From Octopus sinensis (Eukaryota), in contig NC_042997.1 in the NCBI RefSeq assembly GCF_006345805.1, positions 73,966,001-74,030,000 on the forward strand: a stretch of DNA of 64,000 nt. The letters are read 5' to 3'. The position numbers and the translations under genes were made by a program. The notes under the pieces were generated by a model. The model did not search any database. It was not told the origin of the DNA and saw only the letters and a list, made by a program, of their open reading frames with translations. Shown piece by piece: positions 52,701 to 64,000 of the stretch (within the stretch, counting starts at the first letter, position 1; every line of letters starts with the position of its first letter).

Positions 52701-53278
52701 GTGGGCTGAACGAGGCATCAGACTTTCCACCAAACTGGCAGTCTATAGGGCAGTCGTCAGTACCTCTCTGCTCTACAGCTGTGGGACATGGACGCTGTAT
52801 AGGAGGCAAATATGAGTGCTTGACCAGTGCTACCTCCACTGCTTGCAACTAAATCATGGGAATTTCCTGGGAGGACAGAGTCTTCAACACTAGGGTGCTT
52901 CACAGAGCCGAAATGCTTGAGATCGAAGCCCTCATCATGAAGGCCCAGCTCCAGTGAGTCGGACATGTAGTCCGAATGGATGACGCGCGTCTACCAAAGA
53001 TGATCTTCTTCTCTGAGTTGGCTTCTGGAGCAAGAAACCCTGGAAGGCCACTGAGGCGATACAAGGCCAGCCTGAAAATTTCCCTTGAAGCCTGTGGCTG
53101 GGAATCGCTTGCCTCTGACCTGGCGTCCAGCTGTCCAAAAGGGTGTTAGGCTGTTCTAGGAAAAGTGCCTCAAGAGACTGGATCAGTTACGTGCCCAACA
53201 TGTGGCCGCGTCTGCGCGTCTGCCTTTGGGCTCCACTCCGGCATCACTGGTGTTATTCTCGAACCCTGACAGACTTCC
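49775..53278 (+). mobile_element. Near full-length RTE (BovB-like) LINE with 5' UTR, inactivated
   Basis: APE endonuclease (YVGAWNIRTL, GDFNAHVG, HLIDY), RT (KAPGPNRIP, NHRGISLLS, KQGCVMAP, FLFADN with D-to-N change), an internal RT deletion near 52140 and a (TATG)n tail. Confidence 0.92.
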
Positions 53279-53459
53279 ATTATGTATGTATGTATGTATG
53301 TATGTATGTATGTATGTATCTATGTATCTATGTATGTATGTATGTCTATGTATGTATGTATGTGCATATATATATATATATGTATATATATTTATTTTAT
53401 AGAAGGAGCTTCTACAGGACTAGAACTGTTTCATCAGTAAATAAATTAATTTACTCTGC

Positions 53460-53636
53460 TATGTATTGAGTACCTTATTTACTGTGGTTAACCCCGACTC
53501 AACCCGGGACCTACATATATGTATATATATATATGTGTGTATATGTGTATATATATATGTATGTATGTATGTATGTATATATATATTTGTATATATATAT
53601 GTATGTGTATATATATATATGTATATATATATGTGC

Positions 53637-53668
<32 letters not shown>

Positions 53669-53850
53669 ATGTATATATATATATGTATATATATTTATAT
53701 ATATATGTATATACATATATGTGTATATATATGTACATATATATGTATATATATGTATATATATATATATACATATATATATGTATGTATATGTATATAT
53801 GTATATGTATATCTCTATATATGTATATATATATATATATACATATAGAT
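53460..53850. repeat. Long compound (TA)n/(TATG)n/(TG)n microsatellite
   Basis: Directly visible; source of spurious YI/YV ORFs. Confidence 0.95.
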
Positions 53851-54013
53851 GAGAAAGTTGGTTTGTGAAAGCAAGTGGTTGAATATATAGAAAATAGTAA
53901 AAAGTGAAAAAACTACGGAAGGCTTGTTTTAAAAGGTTAAAAAATATATATTTGAGTCAATATGTCTGAAGAATATTATAAATTTTTTTTTTTTTTTTCC
54001 TTACAAAGTTTAG

Positions 54014-54053
54014 AAGAAATGACCGGTTTCGCGTTCAGCTTTTCAAATTTCTT
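54014..54053 (-). ncRNA. Minimal type I hammerhead-like motif, U3:A8 core variant
   Basis: Stem I AAGAAAU/AUUUCUU (7 bp), core UUGAAAA, stem II GC-UGAAC-GC, GAAA, C-CG-G (palindrome ACCGGU), UC. Confidence 0.65.
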
Positions 54054-54508
54054 ACATCGTTATGTTTATGTTGAGAAGAGTTCTAGATAAGGGGAGGTAA
54101 TAAGTGATTTCTTCCAGTGTAAGGGAGATAATCGCTTAAAATTTTTTGTCTTTCCTTTGGAGTGAATTTCTCTGTATAAGTATGTTGGAATGGTTAAGTC
54201 TGGGCTTGTACTTTTCAATGAAGAATGTTTCCTTGTTGAGAAATGCACAAAGCAACTACTACCACAAATTTTAATCTTTCCATTTTACCAATGTGCTATC
54301 GGAACACCAACACAAATTAGACTAAACAAGGAAACATTCTTCATTGAAAAGTACAAGCCCAGACTTAACCATTCCAACATACTTATACAGAGAAATTCAC
54401 TCCAAAGGAAAGACAAAAAATTTTAACTGATTATCTCCCTTACACCGGAAGAAATAACTTATTACCTCCCCTTATCTAGAACTCTTCTCAACATAAACAT
54501 AACGATGT

Positions 54509-54548
54509 AAGAAATGTGAAAAGCTGAACGCGAAACCGGTCATTTCTT
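54509..54548 (+). ncRNA. Second copy of the same motif with position 3 = G (G3/A8 mismatch)
   Basis: AAGAAAU GUGAAAA GC UGAAC GC GAAA CCGG UC AUUUCUU, downstream of and sense to the GIY-YIG remnant. Confidence 0.5.
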
Positions 54549-54704
54549 CTAAACTATGTCATTGTAAGGAAAAAAAAAATATATATATATAATATTCTTC
54601 AGACATATCGACTCAAATATATATATACATATATATATATGTATATATATGTATATACATATATGTGTATATATATGTACATATATATGTATATATATGT
54701 ATAT

Positions 54705-54740
<36 letters not shown>

Positions 54741-54742
<2 letters not shown>

Positions 54743-55523
54743 ATACAAATAAAGAAATGGAGAAACAATTTAGCTTGTTCATCAACTTTCGGATATTAGA
54801 ATGTTGAATTATTTATTCATTTAACAAAATGAGAACCTTAATAGCATACATACATACCTTATAATTCAATACATATAAGAATACAAATTATAAAAACCAT
54901 AATACAAATTATTGAAATCATTAAAATCACTCCTTACAGCTGTTTCTGCCTATGGTTAAAAGTAGTTTTTTATTTTATTTACTTGGACCTATTTATTTTA
55001 TTTATTTTATTTTATTTACTTGGACCTATTGTTCAATTGTGTTTATTTATGTATATGTGTTTATATGTTTATGTATAAGTCTATATGTATATTTGTTCAT
55101 ATCTTTATATATGTTAAATTATATGTGTATCCTGTTTCATGTATTAATATTTTTGGATTTCTTTATAATCTCTGATGAGGCCTATGGTTATATATATAAG
55201 TCCCCTATTTTTAAATGCCTACAACCTCAATATAATTGACAACTATAGGCAATAAAAATAAAACATTTTTTAAATAAAAAAATTTTTTTTAACTACTTTT
55301 AACCATAGCCTCGAACAGCAGTAAGGAGTGATTTTAATGATTTCAATAATTTATATGATGATTTTTATCATTTGTACTCTTATCTTATATGTATTGAATT
55401 ATAATGTATATATGTAGGCTATAAAGGTTCTTATTTTGTTAAATGAATAAATAATTCAACATTTTAATATCCAAAAGTTGATGAACGAACTAAATTGTTT
55501 CTCCATTTTCTTATTTGTATTAT
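54741..55523 (+). mobile_element. Older PLE-derived foldback element (54741-54967 / 55291-55523) with a split hammerhead
   Basis: Diverged inverted arms; CUGAUGA at 55172-55178; intact AACCAUAGGC A GAAAC AGCU GUA on minus at about 54934-54958. Confidence 0.6.
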
Positions 55524-55695
55524 AAATTAACAGTAAAATATTTCTTTACCTTCACCCGTTTAATACAATAAATAAGTTACTTGCATTGCAATTAAAAGCA
55601 TTTATATATTAAGAATTTGGGTACTTCACCAACAGTATATTGGATAAATACTATCCCTTAGTGGGTTGCACCCATAACCCCTAACTTACTTTGTG

Positions 55696-55729
<34 letters not shown>

Positions 55730-56199
55730 CAAATGAAAGACAGAAGATGGAATATACGAGAATATATTATTAATCACAACATAGTTTCAATGCATCTAGC
55801 GTTGATTCCTCTTGTGGGACACACAAGAACTGGTACAGGAGTATCCGGTAGTGCAGACATATCTTGTCAGGGGATAAATAAATAAAAAATCTCATTAAAA
55901 TGACAGTTCCATAATGCAACTTTTCATTTTGTAGAGAGAAAAAAAGCCAGACGGAGGAAAATTCATTTATATAGAAGATCCAAAAATAAAATTACAGAAG
56001 ACAAAAAGAGATATGAACACTTAATCCAGCGAGAAATGCTGTTTTTCTTATACTTCTTATATTTTTCAAAATTAAGATGGACAAAATTCTTTTTAATCTA
56101 AAATATACTCTTCTTCATTTTCTATAATGATCGTCCATCTACATGGTAGATTTGCAAGGCCCCACCCCCATTCAAAATTCACTTGTCTGTGATGAAAAT

Positions 56200-56820
56200 A
56201 TACCTCTAGTACTGTTCTGATCTCATCCACAGAATTCATATTTTTCTATCCAAATCATTTTGAAGACTGCAGAATAACTATTCATACTGCTCCAGCCTTT
56301 GGAATGTGGGCAAGCATTATCCTGATGGAAGAACACCTTTCTTCTTGAAACTAAAGATCATAGTTTTTCTTCTAGCACTGACTTGAATGACTATTTGAAT
56401 GACTAAATCCAAACTTCTTTACTAGTTCTTCAACAGTTAGAATGGGTTTTTGTTCCACCTTGGTTTGCACCATGTTCTCATTGAGCTCTACAGATTTTCT
56501 GGGACGTGACTTGTCTTCTAGGCTGTAGTTTCCAGCTCATAATTTCTTGAACCACCGTTGACACTGGCTTATGCTTATTCTCCAATCCCCATATACTGCA
56601 TTAATATTCCTCGCACTTTCTGTTGCATTGTTGCCTTTATTGAACTCATAAAGCAAAATATGCTGAATATGCTCCTTTGTCACTTCCATTATAGCTTTGA
56701 AAAAATAACTGTCAAAATGGAACAGCACTATGAATAAGGACATGATAAAATTACTACCTACTTTTATAGAAAGTTGATGCAGATAGTTTATCCTGTCCCC
56801 TACTGACTTTTAGTTCATGC
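56200..56820 (-). mobile_element. Internally deleted mariner
   Basis: ORF 56537-56743: KEHIQHILLYEFNKGNNATESARNINAVYG...QCQRWFKK; QDNACPH-like remnant near 56320. Ends approximate. Confidence 0.7.
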
Positions 56821-56854
56821 AATTGAGAAAAACTGCATTATTTATGGGATGACC

Positions 56855-56908
<54 letters not shown>

Positions 56909-57689
56909 TCATCATCATCATCATTTAATTTCTCTTTTCCATGCTGGCAGGGATTGGACAGTTTGATAGACACTGGGCAGGTTTACAGCTGCCGAGGCTC
57001 TATGTCTGTTTTGGCATGGTGTCTACGATTGGATGCACTTCATGGGTGCATTCACTTGGCATGGTTAAGAATACTCAGTTGGAGTGGGATGCAGGGAACA
57101 GCCTATATTCAAGGACAACCATGCTTTTACTTAATTTGTCATGTGTTTTCAAGCACAGCCATCAGCCAGGAGCCCTGTTTCTCTGCCATCCTCTCTGTGA
57201 GTCCTAACAACATATATGTATACATATATGGTTAGTCCACATCACTCTATAAGGAGAATAGGGCTGGTTTCTTGATTTCTATGGTGTACATATTCCTTCC
57301 CTAGAGGAGATGCTGGTCCATCACAGGATTACTTATTTTGTACCAGCTGAGTGGACTGGAGCAATGTGAAATGAAGTGTTTTGCCCAATGTGAAATGAAG
57401 TGTTTTGCTCGGTTCAGGAATTGAAACCACAATCTTACAATCATGAGTTCAACACTCTAACCACTAAATGTGCCTCCACATGCTTGCAAGAGTCAGAGGG
57501 AATTTGTTGAGGCAGAGTTTTTTAGTCTGATGCCCTTCCTGTCACCAAACTTCACTTGTTTCCAAGTAATGTAATATTTTCCTATGGCCAGAGATGTTTT
57601 CACATAAGACTGTGAATGAACAACACTGCATGGATGACAGTGACATTCGCTTATAACTATCATTCAGAGTGAAGGCAGGGAGACAGTAA

Positions 57690-57945
57690 CACACTCACTA
57701 ACACACACACACACATACACACACACATGCACACACACGTACGCACACACACACGAACACACACACACACACACCTACATATAAATATATGGCTTCTTTC
57801 AGTTTCTGTCAACCACATCCACTCAGAAACTGACTTTGGTTGGCTCAAGGCTATAGTAGAAAACATCTACCTAAGATGTCATGCAATGGGACTGAACCAT
57901 GTGATTGGGAAACAAAATTCTTAACCATGCAGCCACAACTGTGCT
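57690..57945 (-). mobile_element. SINE copy
   Basis: Reverse complement of the 7341 family 5' half. Confidence 0.65.
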
Positions 57946-58127
57946 TAAGCAGAAAATAGCAAAATATTTAGGGGGGAAAAGGGGGATAGTGATACCATAC
58001 TTACTCCTTTTGTAATTAACACCCACTGAATTCAACATTTTAGATAAAAACAAGAGTTCTTAAGTCTGATAAATTTTCTGTCAATATTTTCTCACATTTA
58101 TTATAATAACCAACAAATGAGAGGTTT

Positions 58128-58178
<51 letters not shown>

Positions 58179-58360
58179 ATATAATATATATATATGTATA
58201 TATATATATGTAGGTTATGAGAGGTAATGGTGTCAAGAAGACCCAAAGGTGTCAGGTAATGCTGAGTAAGTGCTATGGACAGACTATAATTAAGCTCCAG
58301 GTTCGGTGATTATGCAAATGTGGAGTCCAACTTAGGTAATATATTACCATGTATATATAT

Positions 58361-58779
58361 AAAAAATTAACCAAATAAGATTAAAATCCAAGGCTGTGAA
58401 AGATTTCAGAACATTTATAAAGATATGGTCTTATGGTGCAAGAAAATGGTTAAGCAATAGTAATTCAAAAGAACCCTCAATCCAATATCACGGTTTACAA
58501 ACTCTAAGCTTGGAATGACCAATTTTAAATACTATTGGAACTTACACACAGGGTACAGGAAACTTATATGTATACCATTCTGCTTCAATAATGGAACTGA
58601 AGATACAATATCCCTGCATATCTCACATCTGTTTTCATTCCTCCACTTCACTCTCTATTTCATATCTTATCTAGAATAACTATTGCTTAACCATTTTCTT
58701 GCACCGTAAGAGCTTATCTTTATAAATGTTCTGAAATCTTTCACAGCCTTGGATTTTTATCTCATTCTGTTAATTTTTT
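58361..58779. repeat. Foldback element with ~100 bp inverted arms (58361-58460 / 58680-58779)
   Basis: aaatccaaggctgtgaaagatttcagaacatttataaagata...gtgcaagaaaatggttaagcaatag is mirrored; flanked by TA-rich microsatellites. Confidence 0.75.
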
Positions 58780-58781
58780 AT

Positions 58782-58817
<36 letters not shown>

Positions 58818-58827
58818 GCATACATGC

Positions 58828-58860
<33 letters not shown>

Positions 58861-58905
58861 TGTATGTATGTATGTATGTATGTATGTATGTATACATGTA
58901 TGTAT

Positions 58906-58950
<45 letters not shown>

Positions 58951-59179
58951 GTGTGTGTATGTATATATACATGTCATTATTCAGTTTTATTTCAGGATTT
59001 CTTGCTAACAGAGAAAGTGTCGGTTTCTAACTTTGATCCAAGGCTCCTTCACTGGAATTTCAACATCAACAGAGTATTTTTGTATGTATATGTGTAGATT
59101 TGTATGTTTTGTTTTATGTATGTATTCTCAGGCATATAGTTGCATTCTGGACATGCACATATATACTTAAATGATTAAC

Positions 59180-59500
59180 TTCTAGAAGTTTTACACATTT
59201 TTACAGTTCCAGTGATGACTTGGATCTGTAGTCTTTGAATCAGCTTTCTCCTTTCTGGTTTTGAGAACCCGAATTTTCAAGATTGATATTTAGGTAGTGT
59301 GTTACATATCCCACTGCCCCAATAATTACAGGTATAAACCTGAACTTGAAATCTGGATAGAGTAGGTGTAGGTTCTTCAATAGTTCAATTTTCTTTTCCA
59401 ATGATCTTTAGCTTCATGTTAACATCTACTGGGCAGATGATTTCCACAACTGTACACACATTTTCCCTTCTCTATCCCAATTTAATATGTCAGGTCTATT
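59180..59500 (-). mobile_element. RLE-type non-LTR retrotransposon 3' fragment
   Basis: Manual translation: NNRPDILNWDREGKMCTVVEIICPVDVNMKLK...LIQRLQIQVITGTVKMCK. Confidence 0.65.
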
Positions 59501-59772
59501 ATTCTTTTATTCTTTTACTTGTTTCAGTCATTTGATTGTGGCACTGCCTTTAATCAAACAAATCAACCCTAAGACTTATTCTTTGTAAGCCTAGTATTTA
59601 TTCTACCAGTCTCGGTTGTCAAGTGATGGTGGGGGACAAACACAGACACATACACACAAATATAGACTTGTATATATATATTACAGTTCTATATTTAAGA
59701 GATGAGGAATTATGTACATTATTTACATTATTTACATTTGACAGATATTTGTCCTCATCTTGTTTGTTGTTA

Positions 59773-59816
59773 ACACAACATTTCAGCTGATATACCCTCC
59801 AGCCTTCTTCAGGTGT
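59773..59816 (-). ncRNA. Minimal hammerhead motif in a solo pseudo-LTR fragment (59685-59850)
   Basis: Minus strand reads ACAC CUGAAGA A GGCUG gaggguauau CAGCU GAAA UG UU GUGU; same family as 19549-19592. Confidence 0.6.
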
Positions 59817-59849
59817 CTTGGGGAAATTTCAAACCTGGGTTCTCATTCT

Positions 59850-60205
59850 CTTACTTGTTTCAGTCATTTGACTGTGGCCATGCTAGAGCACCGTCTTTAG
59901 TCAAACAAATCGACCCCAGGACTTATTCTTTGTAAGCCTAGTACTTATTCTATCGGTCTCTTTTGCCTAACTGCTATGTTATGGGGATGTAAACACACCA
60001 GCATCAATTGTCAAGTGATGTTGGGAGGACAAGCACATAAACATACATGTATATACATATATACGACAGGCTTCTTTCAGTTTCCTGCTACCAAATTCAC
60101 TCACAAGGCTTTGGTCAGCCTGAGGCTATAGTAGAAGACATTTGCCTAAGGTGCCGAAACCATGTGGCTGGTAAGTAAGCTACTTACCACACAGCCACTC
60201 CTGAA
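59850..60205 (-). mobile_element. SINE copy
   Basis: Reverse complement of the 7341 family. Confidence 0.75.
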
Positions 60206-60409
60206 CCTATAGGTATTTTTCTAGTGCTCTTAGCTTTGTTTTTCGTTGGGGTTGGCCAGATTGGAGAAATCTCAAGTATAACCAGCCAAAATTGCAAAGA
60301 TAATCTGGAACTCGACTGAGGAAAGAAAACTCCGAATGACCTATTCTTGTTTTCTTTGTATTGTCTGTCTGGATGTTTTGTGTTGTTGTCTCATTTTTGT
60401 ATTGTGTGT

Positions 60410-60432
60410 GTGTATATATATACATATATATA

Positions 60433-60473
<41 letters not shown>

Positions 60474-60603
60474 CTATATATATATATATATATATATAGT
60501 ATGTATGTATGTATGTATGCATGCATGTATGTATGTATGTATGTATGTATGTATGTATGTATGTATGTATGTATGTATGTATGTATGTATGTATATATAA
60601 ATA

Positions 60604-60639
<36 letters not shown>

Positions 60640-60650
60640 TGTATATATAA

Positions 60651-60698
<48 letters not shown>

Positions 60699-60704
60699 TA
60701 TGTA

Positions 60705-60751
<47 letters not shown>

Positions 60752-60790
60752 GTATTTGTGTATGTATGTGTGCAGGTATGTATGTATACA
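60410..60790. repeat. Long compound (TA)n/(TATG)n microsatellite
   Basis: Directly visible. Confidence 0.95.
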
Positions 60791-60924
60791 TGTATAGATA
60801 TAAAAAATTTTGCCAATAAACATAATGTAACAGGTATGTACTATGAGTGCTCAGTATGGTTTACCACTAAATATTTATATATGAATTCCATATTTGAAAT
60901 GTTTAGTAATTTTTAAAATATAGG

Positions 60925-61262
60925 CACAAGCGTCGCTCTGCAGCAAGAAGCTTGCTTCCCATCCACATGGTTCCAGGATCAATCCCACTGTGTGGCACCT
61001 TGGGCAAGTGTCTTCTACTATAGCCTCAGGCCTTGTGAGTGGATTTGGTAGATGGAAACTGAAAGAAGCCTGCCATGTGTGTGTGTGCGTGTGTGTGTGT
61101 GTGGCAACCGATGTTGCAACATTAGTGGTTCAGCAAAAGAGGCCAATAGAATAAGTACTAGGCTTACAAAGAATAACTACTGGGGATCGATTTGTTCAAC
61201 TACAGGTGGTGCTCCAGCATGTCTGCAGTCAAATGACTGAAACAAATAAAAGAATAAAAGAA
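60925..61262 (+). mobile_element. SINE copy
   Basis: Matches the 7341 family through gtcaaatgactgaaac. Confidence 0.75.
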
Positions 61263-61511
61263 TATGGACAAATTTGTTTCGTTAAACTGCAGGATGCCAC
61301 CTTCTTCAGATTGGATATGCAATCTCGCAGACTGATTTTTCCCATTGAATTGATTTACACCAACTTTATTAAATGATCCAATATTGGCTAATCATTTTCC
61401 TTACATATTTCCCCTGTCTACTGTATTATTATTTACTATCCTGCTGACGTTCATCACTTTCTACACTGCTACTCATTACCTACTCTACCTTATTTTTCCT
61501 TTCCCCACCTC

Positions 61512-61550
<39 letters not shown>

Positions 61551-61791
61551 GTGTGTGTGTGTGTGTGTATGTGTGTGTGTGTTCATGTGTTTCAAATGTA
61601 TGGCAAACAAAAGATAGAGACAGGTGAGGGAACAACAAACAGACATAATAGTTTGAAGGAAGGTAAATATCAAGAATCTCATTGAATAGGAGTCTCAAAA
61701 ATTTAGGCATACCTACAAAGTGTGCATTCCTTTGTTTCCTCATAACTTTTTTAATTTAATTTTCTGCAAGTACCTTCCAGACAGTATAGAT

Positions 61792-61936
61792 CAGTGGTTC
61801 TCAACCTGGAGTCCATGGAACCCTGGTTGTCTGTGAACTAAATTCAAAAATTCATACACACACACATACATAAGGATAGCATATTAAAAGAAGTCCATGG
61901 GAAAACTCATGTAAATAAAAGAGTTGGGAACCACTG
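61792..61936. mobile_element. hAT-type MITE
   Basis: TIRs cagtggttctcaac / gttgggaaccactg; 145 bp; the 8 bp flanks match only partly. Confidence 0.6.
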
Positions 61937-62402
61937 GTTATATTGGAATTTAACGTTAAAAAAATTGGTGGATGTGCACATTGACACACATAACATTTAT
62001 ATATAGAAAATGAGAGTTGAAATTCTGAGAAAAATTTGTGATATGTTCAGTATATATGTGTATGCAACCACCAATCTATTTATTCATTATTATTTTTTTT
62101 TTTTACTGATATAATTGTATTCTACACCATCTGAGAGGTAGAAAATTTCATTTTAGAATATCCTTTTTTCTGAAAATTATGAGGAAACAAAATTGATTCA
62201 CATGAATTATTAGAAACTCCTTTCTTTTCCCACCCCTTCTGAAAAAATGTTCCACAATTAATTTTGATGTAATTGGAATCTATATCTGAAAGCTACTTCT
62301 AATAAAAATTTCAGCAAACAACATCCATTTTTCTGAAATTTATCAGGGGACAATTCAGACGCCTGGCACACTTATATAGGTATACCAATATTTATTATTA
62401 GC

Positions 62403-62600
62403 AAGGTGGCAGGGCAAAATGCTTAGCAGTATTTCATCTGCCTTTATTGTTCTGAGTTCAAATTCCGCTGAGGTCGACTTTGCCTTTCATCTTTTTGGGG
62501 TCGATAAATTAAGTATCAGTTGTGTACTGGGGTCGATCTAATCAACTGGCCCCTTCCCCAAAAATTTTAGGCCTTGTGCCTAGAATAGAAAAGAATATTT
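62403..62600 (+). mobile_element. Second tRNA-derived SINE family
   Basis: aaggtggc...gttctgagttcaaattccgctgaggtcgactttgcc...ggggtcgataaattaag...ccttgtgcctagaatagaaaagaat. Confidence 0.65.
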
Positions 62601-64000
62601 ATTATTAGTTTGAAAAAGAAAACTGACAAGAGATATTTTTAATTATCGTGATGCTCTTTGAATAATTGAAAGCAACAGAATTTAGAAATAAAACTCTTAC
62701 TTTCTTTTCTCAAGATGGTAATATTCATATTTGTGAGTGGATTAAATGCAATAAGTGAATAATCCAGGAGGATGAAATTATCTTCCAACTAGCATCTAGG
62801 ATAATTTGAAATCAGTTTTATCAAATCTCGCAGTAATCTGAGCACAATTTCATATTTCCAACTGATAAGGAAGATAGTGATAATCTGAAATCTCTACACT
62901 GGGATGAATTCTTTACATGGACACTCTGAGGTGATGATACTTCAAGTGATCCTCCTTGCCCAAGGAGTATTCCAGTAATTTTATGAATGCACGTGAGGTA
63001 TTCCAGCTTCGATCATCCCATTATTCTAGCTTTTTTTTCAAAGTATGTATTATCTAATGTCATTTTTACTTTTTTATAAATGTAGTGTGATTTAAGAGGT
63101 ATTTGGCAGCTATTTCTAGCAGGTCTAGCGAGCACATAATGGATCTCTATAATCTTAAAAGTAGACAATGCTGGTCAACCATTATTATGATGGTGCCTTA
63201 ACAGGTTTACTGTATTGAGAATGACCATGAGTTGAATAATAATCAAAACTTTTTAATAAAAAAGAAGTTGCCCTAACACAGAGAAAGTATCAATATTGAT
63301 ATTTATGAATATGCTGAACATTAATAATTCCCACGGAAAAATATCAATGTTCATAAAATTACAAGCTATACAAACAAAAGAAAGAGTAAAAAACTAACTA
63401 ATATGACTGAAAATAATTATCATTATTATTAATTAGGTGACTTATAAAATGAGATTAAAATTCCTTCTAAATGTTGATTACATAATATAAAGATCTGACG
63501 GAATGTTAATAAACTTGAGGATGGTTGAGGACAAGCATTAAAAAAGTTACCAGATGATGAGACAAGAAAATGGCATTCATCTCTGCACATGTGGGAAAAT
63601 AAAATAGAGGCCGTGTTTAGTTCAACAACCTCCTATGTCAGAAAATGAATATTAAATGACAAGAATCAGCAAAGAATAAAAACCAAGGAATGAGTTCCAG
63701 CAATGTCACAATTTTAATTCAGCACATAGGAATAATAGTGAAGACAAAATTAATTCAAAATTTAGTTTACCAGAATAAGGTTGTGCATACATGTAATGAT
63801 CAGACAAAAAAAAAACCAGTGCATGGGAATAGAGATGAGCATCTGCAAAACAAAATGCAAGGTGACAACATTTCACATAATTCTAACCAAACAAATTGTT
63901 TATAGATAAGGTATAAAGTCCTTATTAGAAATAGCAGTGAAGTGTTCCTTATTTTTCTTTACCAAAAAGAATTTGTATACAAAAGGGCTAAGAAAATAAT

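Larger units (their letters stand above)
53944..54624 (+). mobile_element. Severely 5'-truncated PLE with an inverted copy of its 3' end (53944-54237 / 54325-54624)
   Basis: The spacer and right arm encode a GIY-YIG-like C-terminus (TPTQIRLNKETFFIEKYKPRLN). Both arms carry a hammerhead-like motif. Confidence 0.8.

Noticed and set aside
53466-53868. Many 60-155 aa ORFs rich in YI, CV, HT or MYV (also 7271-7574, 7992-8524, 10558-11789, 36091-36946, 58762-59097, 60336-60916)
   Set aside because: They are translations of (TA)n, (TG)n and (TATG)n microsatellites with no stop codons; no coding evidence.
55780-55880. Minus-strand cctgacaag...tgaaactatgtt hammerhead-like arrangement
   Set aside because: Position 8 does not pair with position 3, and I found no convincing stem II or stem I.
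58361-58779. Hammerhead in the 58.4-58.8 kb foldback
   Set aside because: A GAAA is present but no core strand or stem I partner was found; kept only as an inverted repeat.
62640-63650. Possible piggyBac or other transposase remnants
   Set aside because: Only weak acidic and Cys-containing fragments and no catalytic motif; the start shares similarity with 45760-45830, but the family cannot be assigned.

Overview
AT-rich, microsatellite- and transposon-dense animal genomic DNA. The SINE, RTE-LINE, mariner and Penelope-like families look like those of Octopus (species assignment is inference). One host gene is clear: an invertebrate-type transglutaminase on the minus strand. I traced six GT-AG exons in frame (22769-22951, 19128-19409, 18379-18497, 16359-16466, 15393-15573 containing the catalytic GQCWVF, and 12267-12402). 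A possible upstream exon lies at 27661-27829, and the gene continues off the left edge. The rest is mostly decayed mobile DNA: RTE LINEs, RLE-type LINE fragments, mariner and DD37D transposons, SINEs, a Helitron-like element, MITEs, and at least six Penelope-like (PLE) insertions. The best signal, absent from the ORF track, is a set of about ten minimal type I hammerhead ribozyme motifs in PLE 3' ends. They include a fully canonical copy (6653-6738, minus) and variants in which the C3:G8 core pair is replaced by G3:C8 (three copies, with stem II covariation) or U3:A8. Several PLE insertions share an architecture in which an inverted copy of the 3' end sits at the 5' junction. A complex tandem plus inverted triplication with templated junction fragments lies at 44.2-49.8 kb. 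All structure calls were made by eye. No folding, alignment or database search was run.
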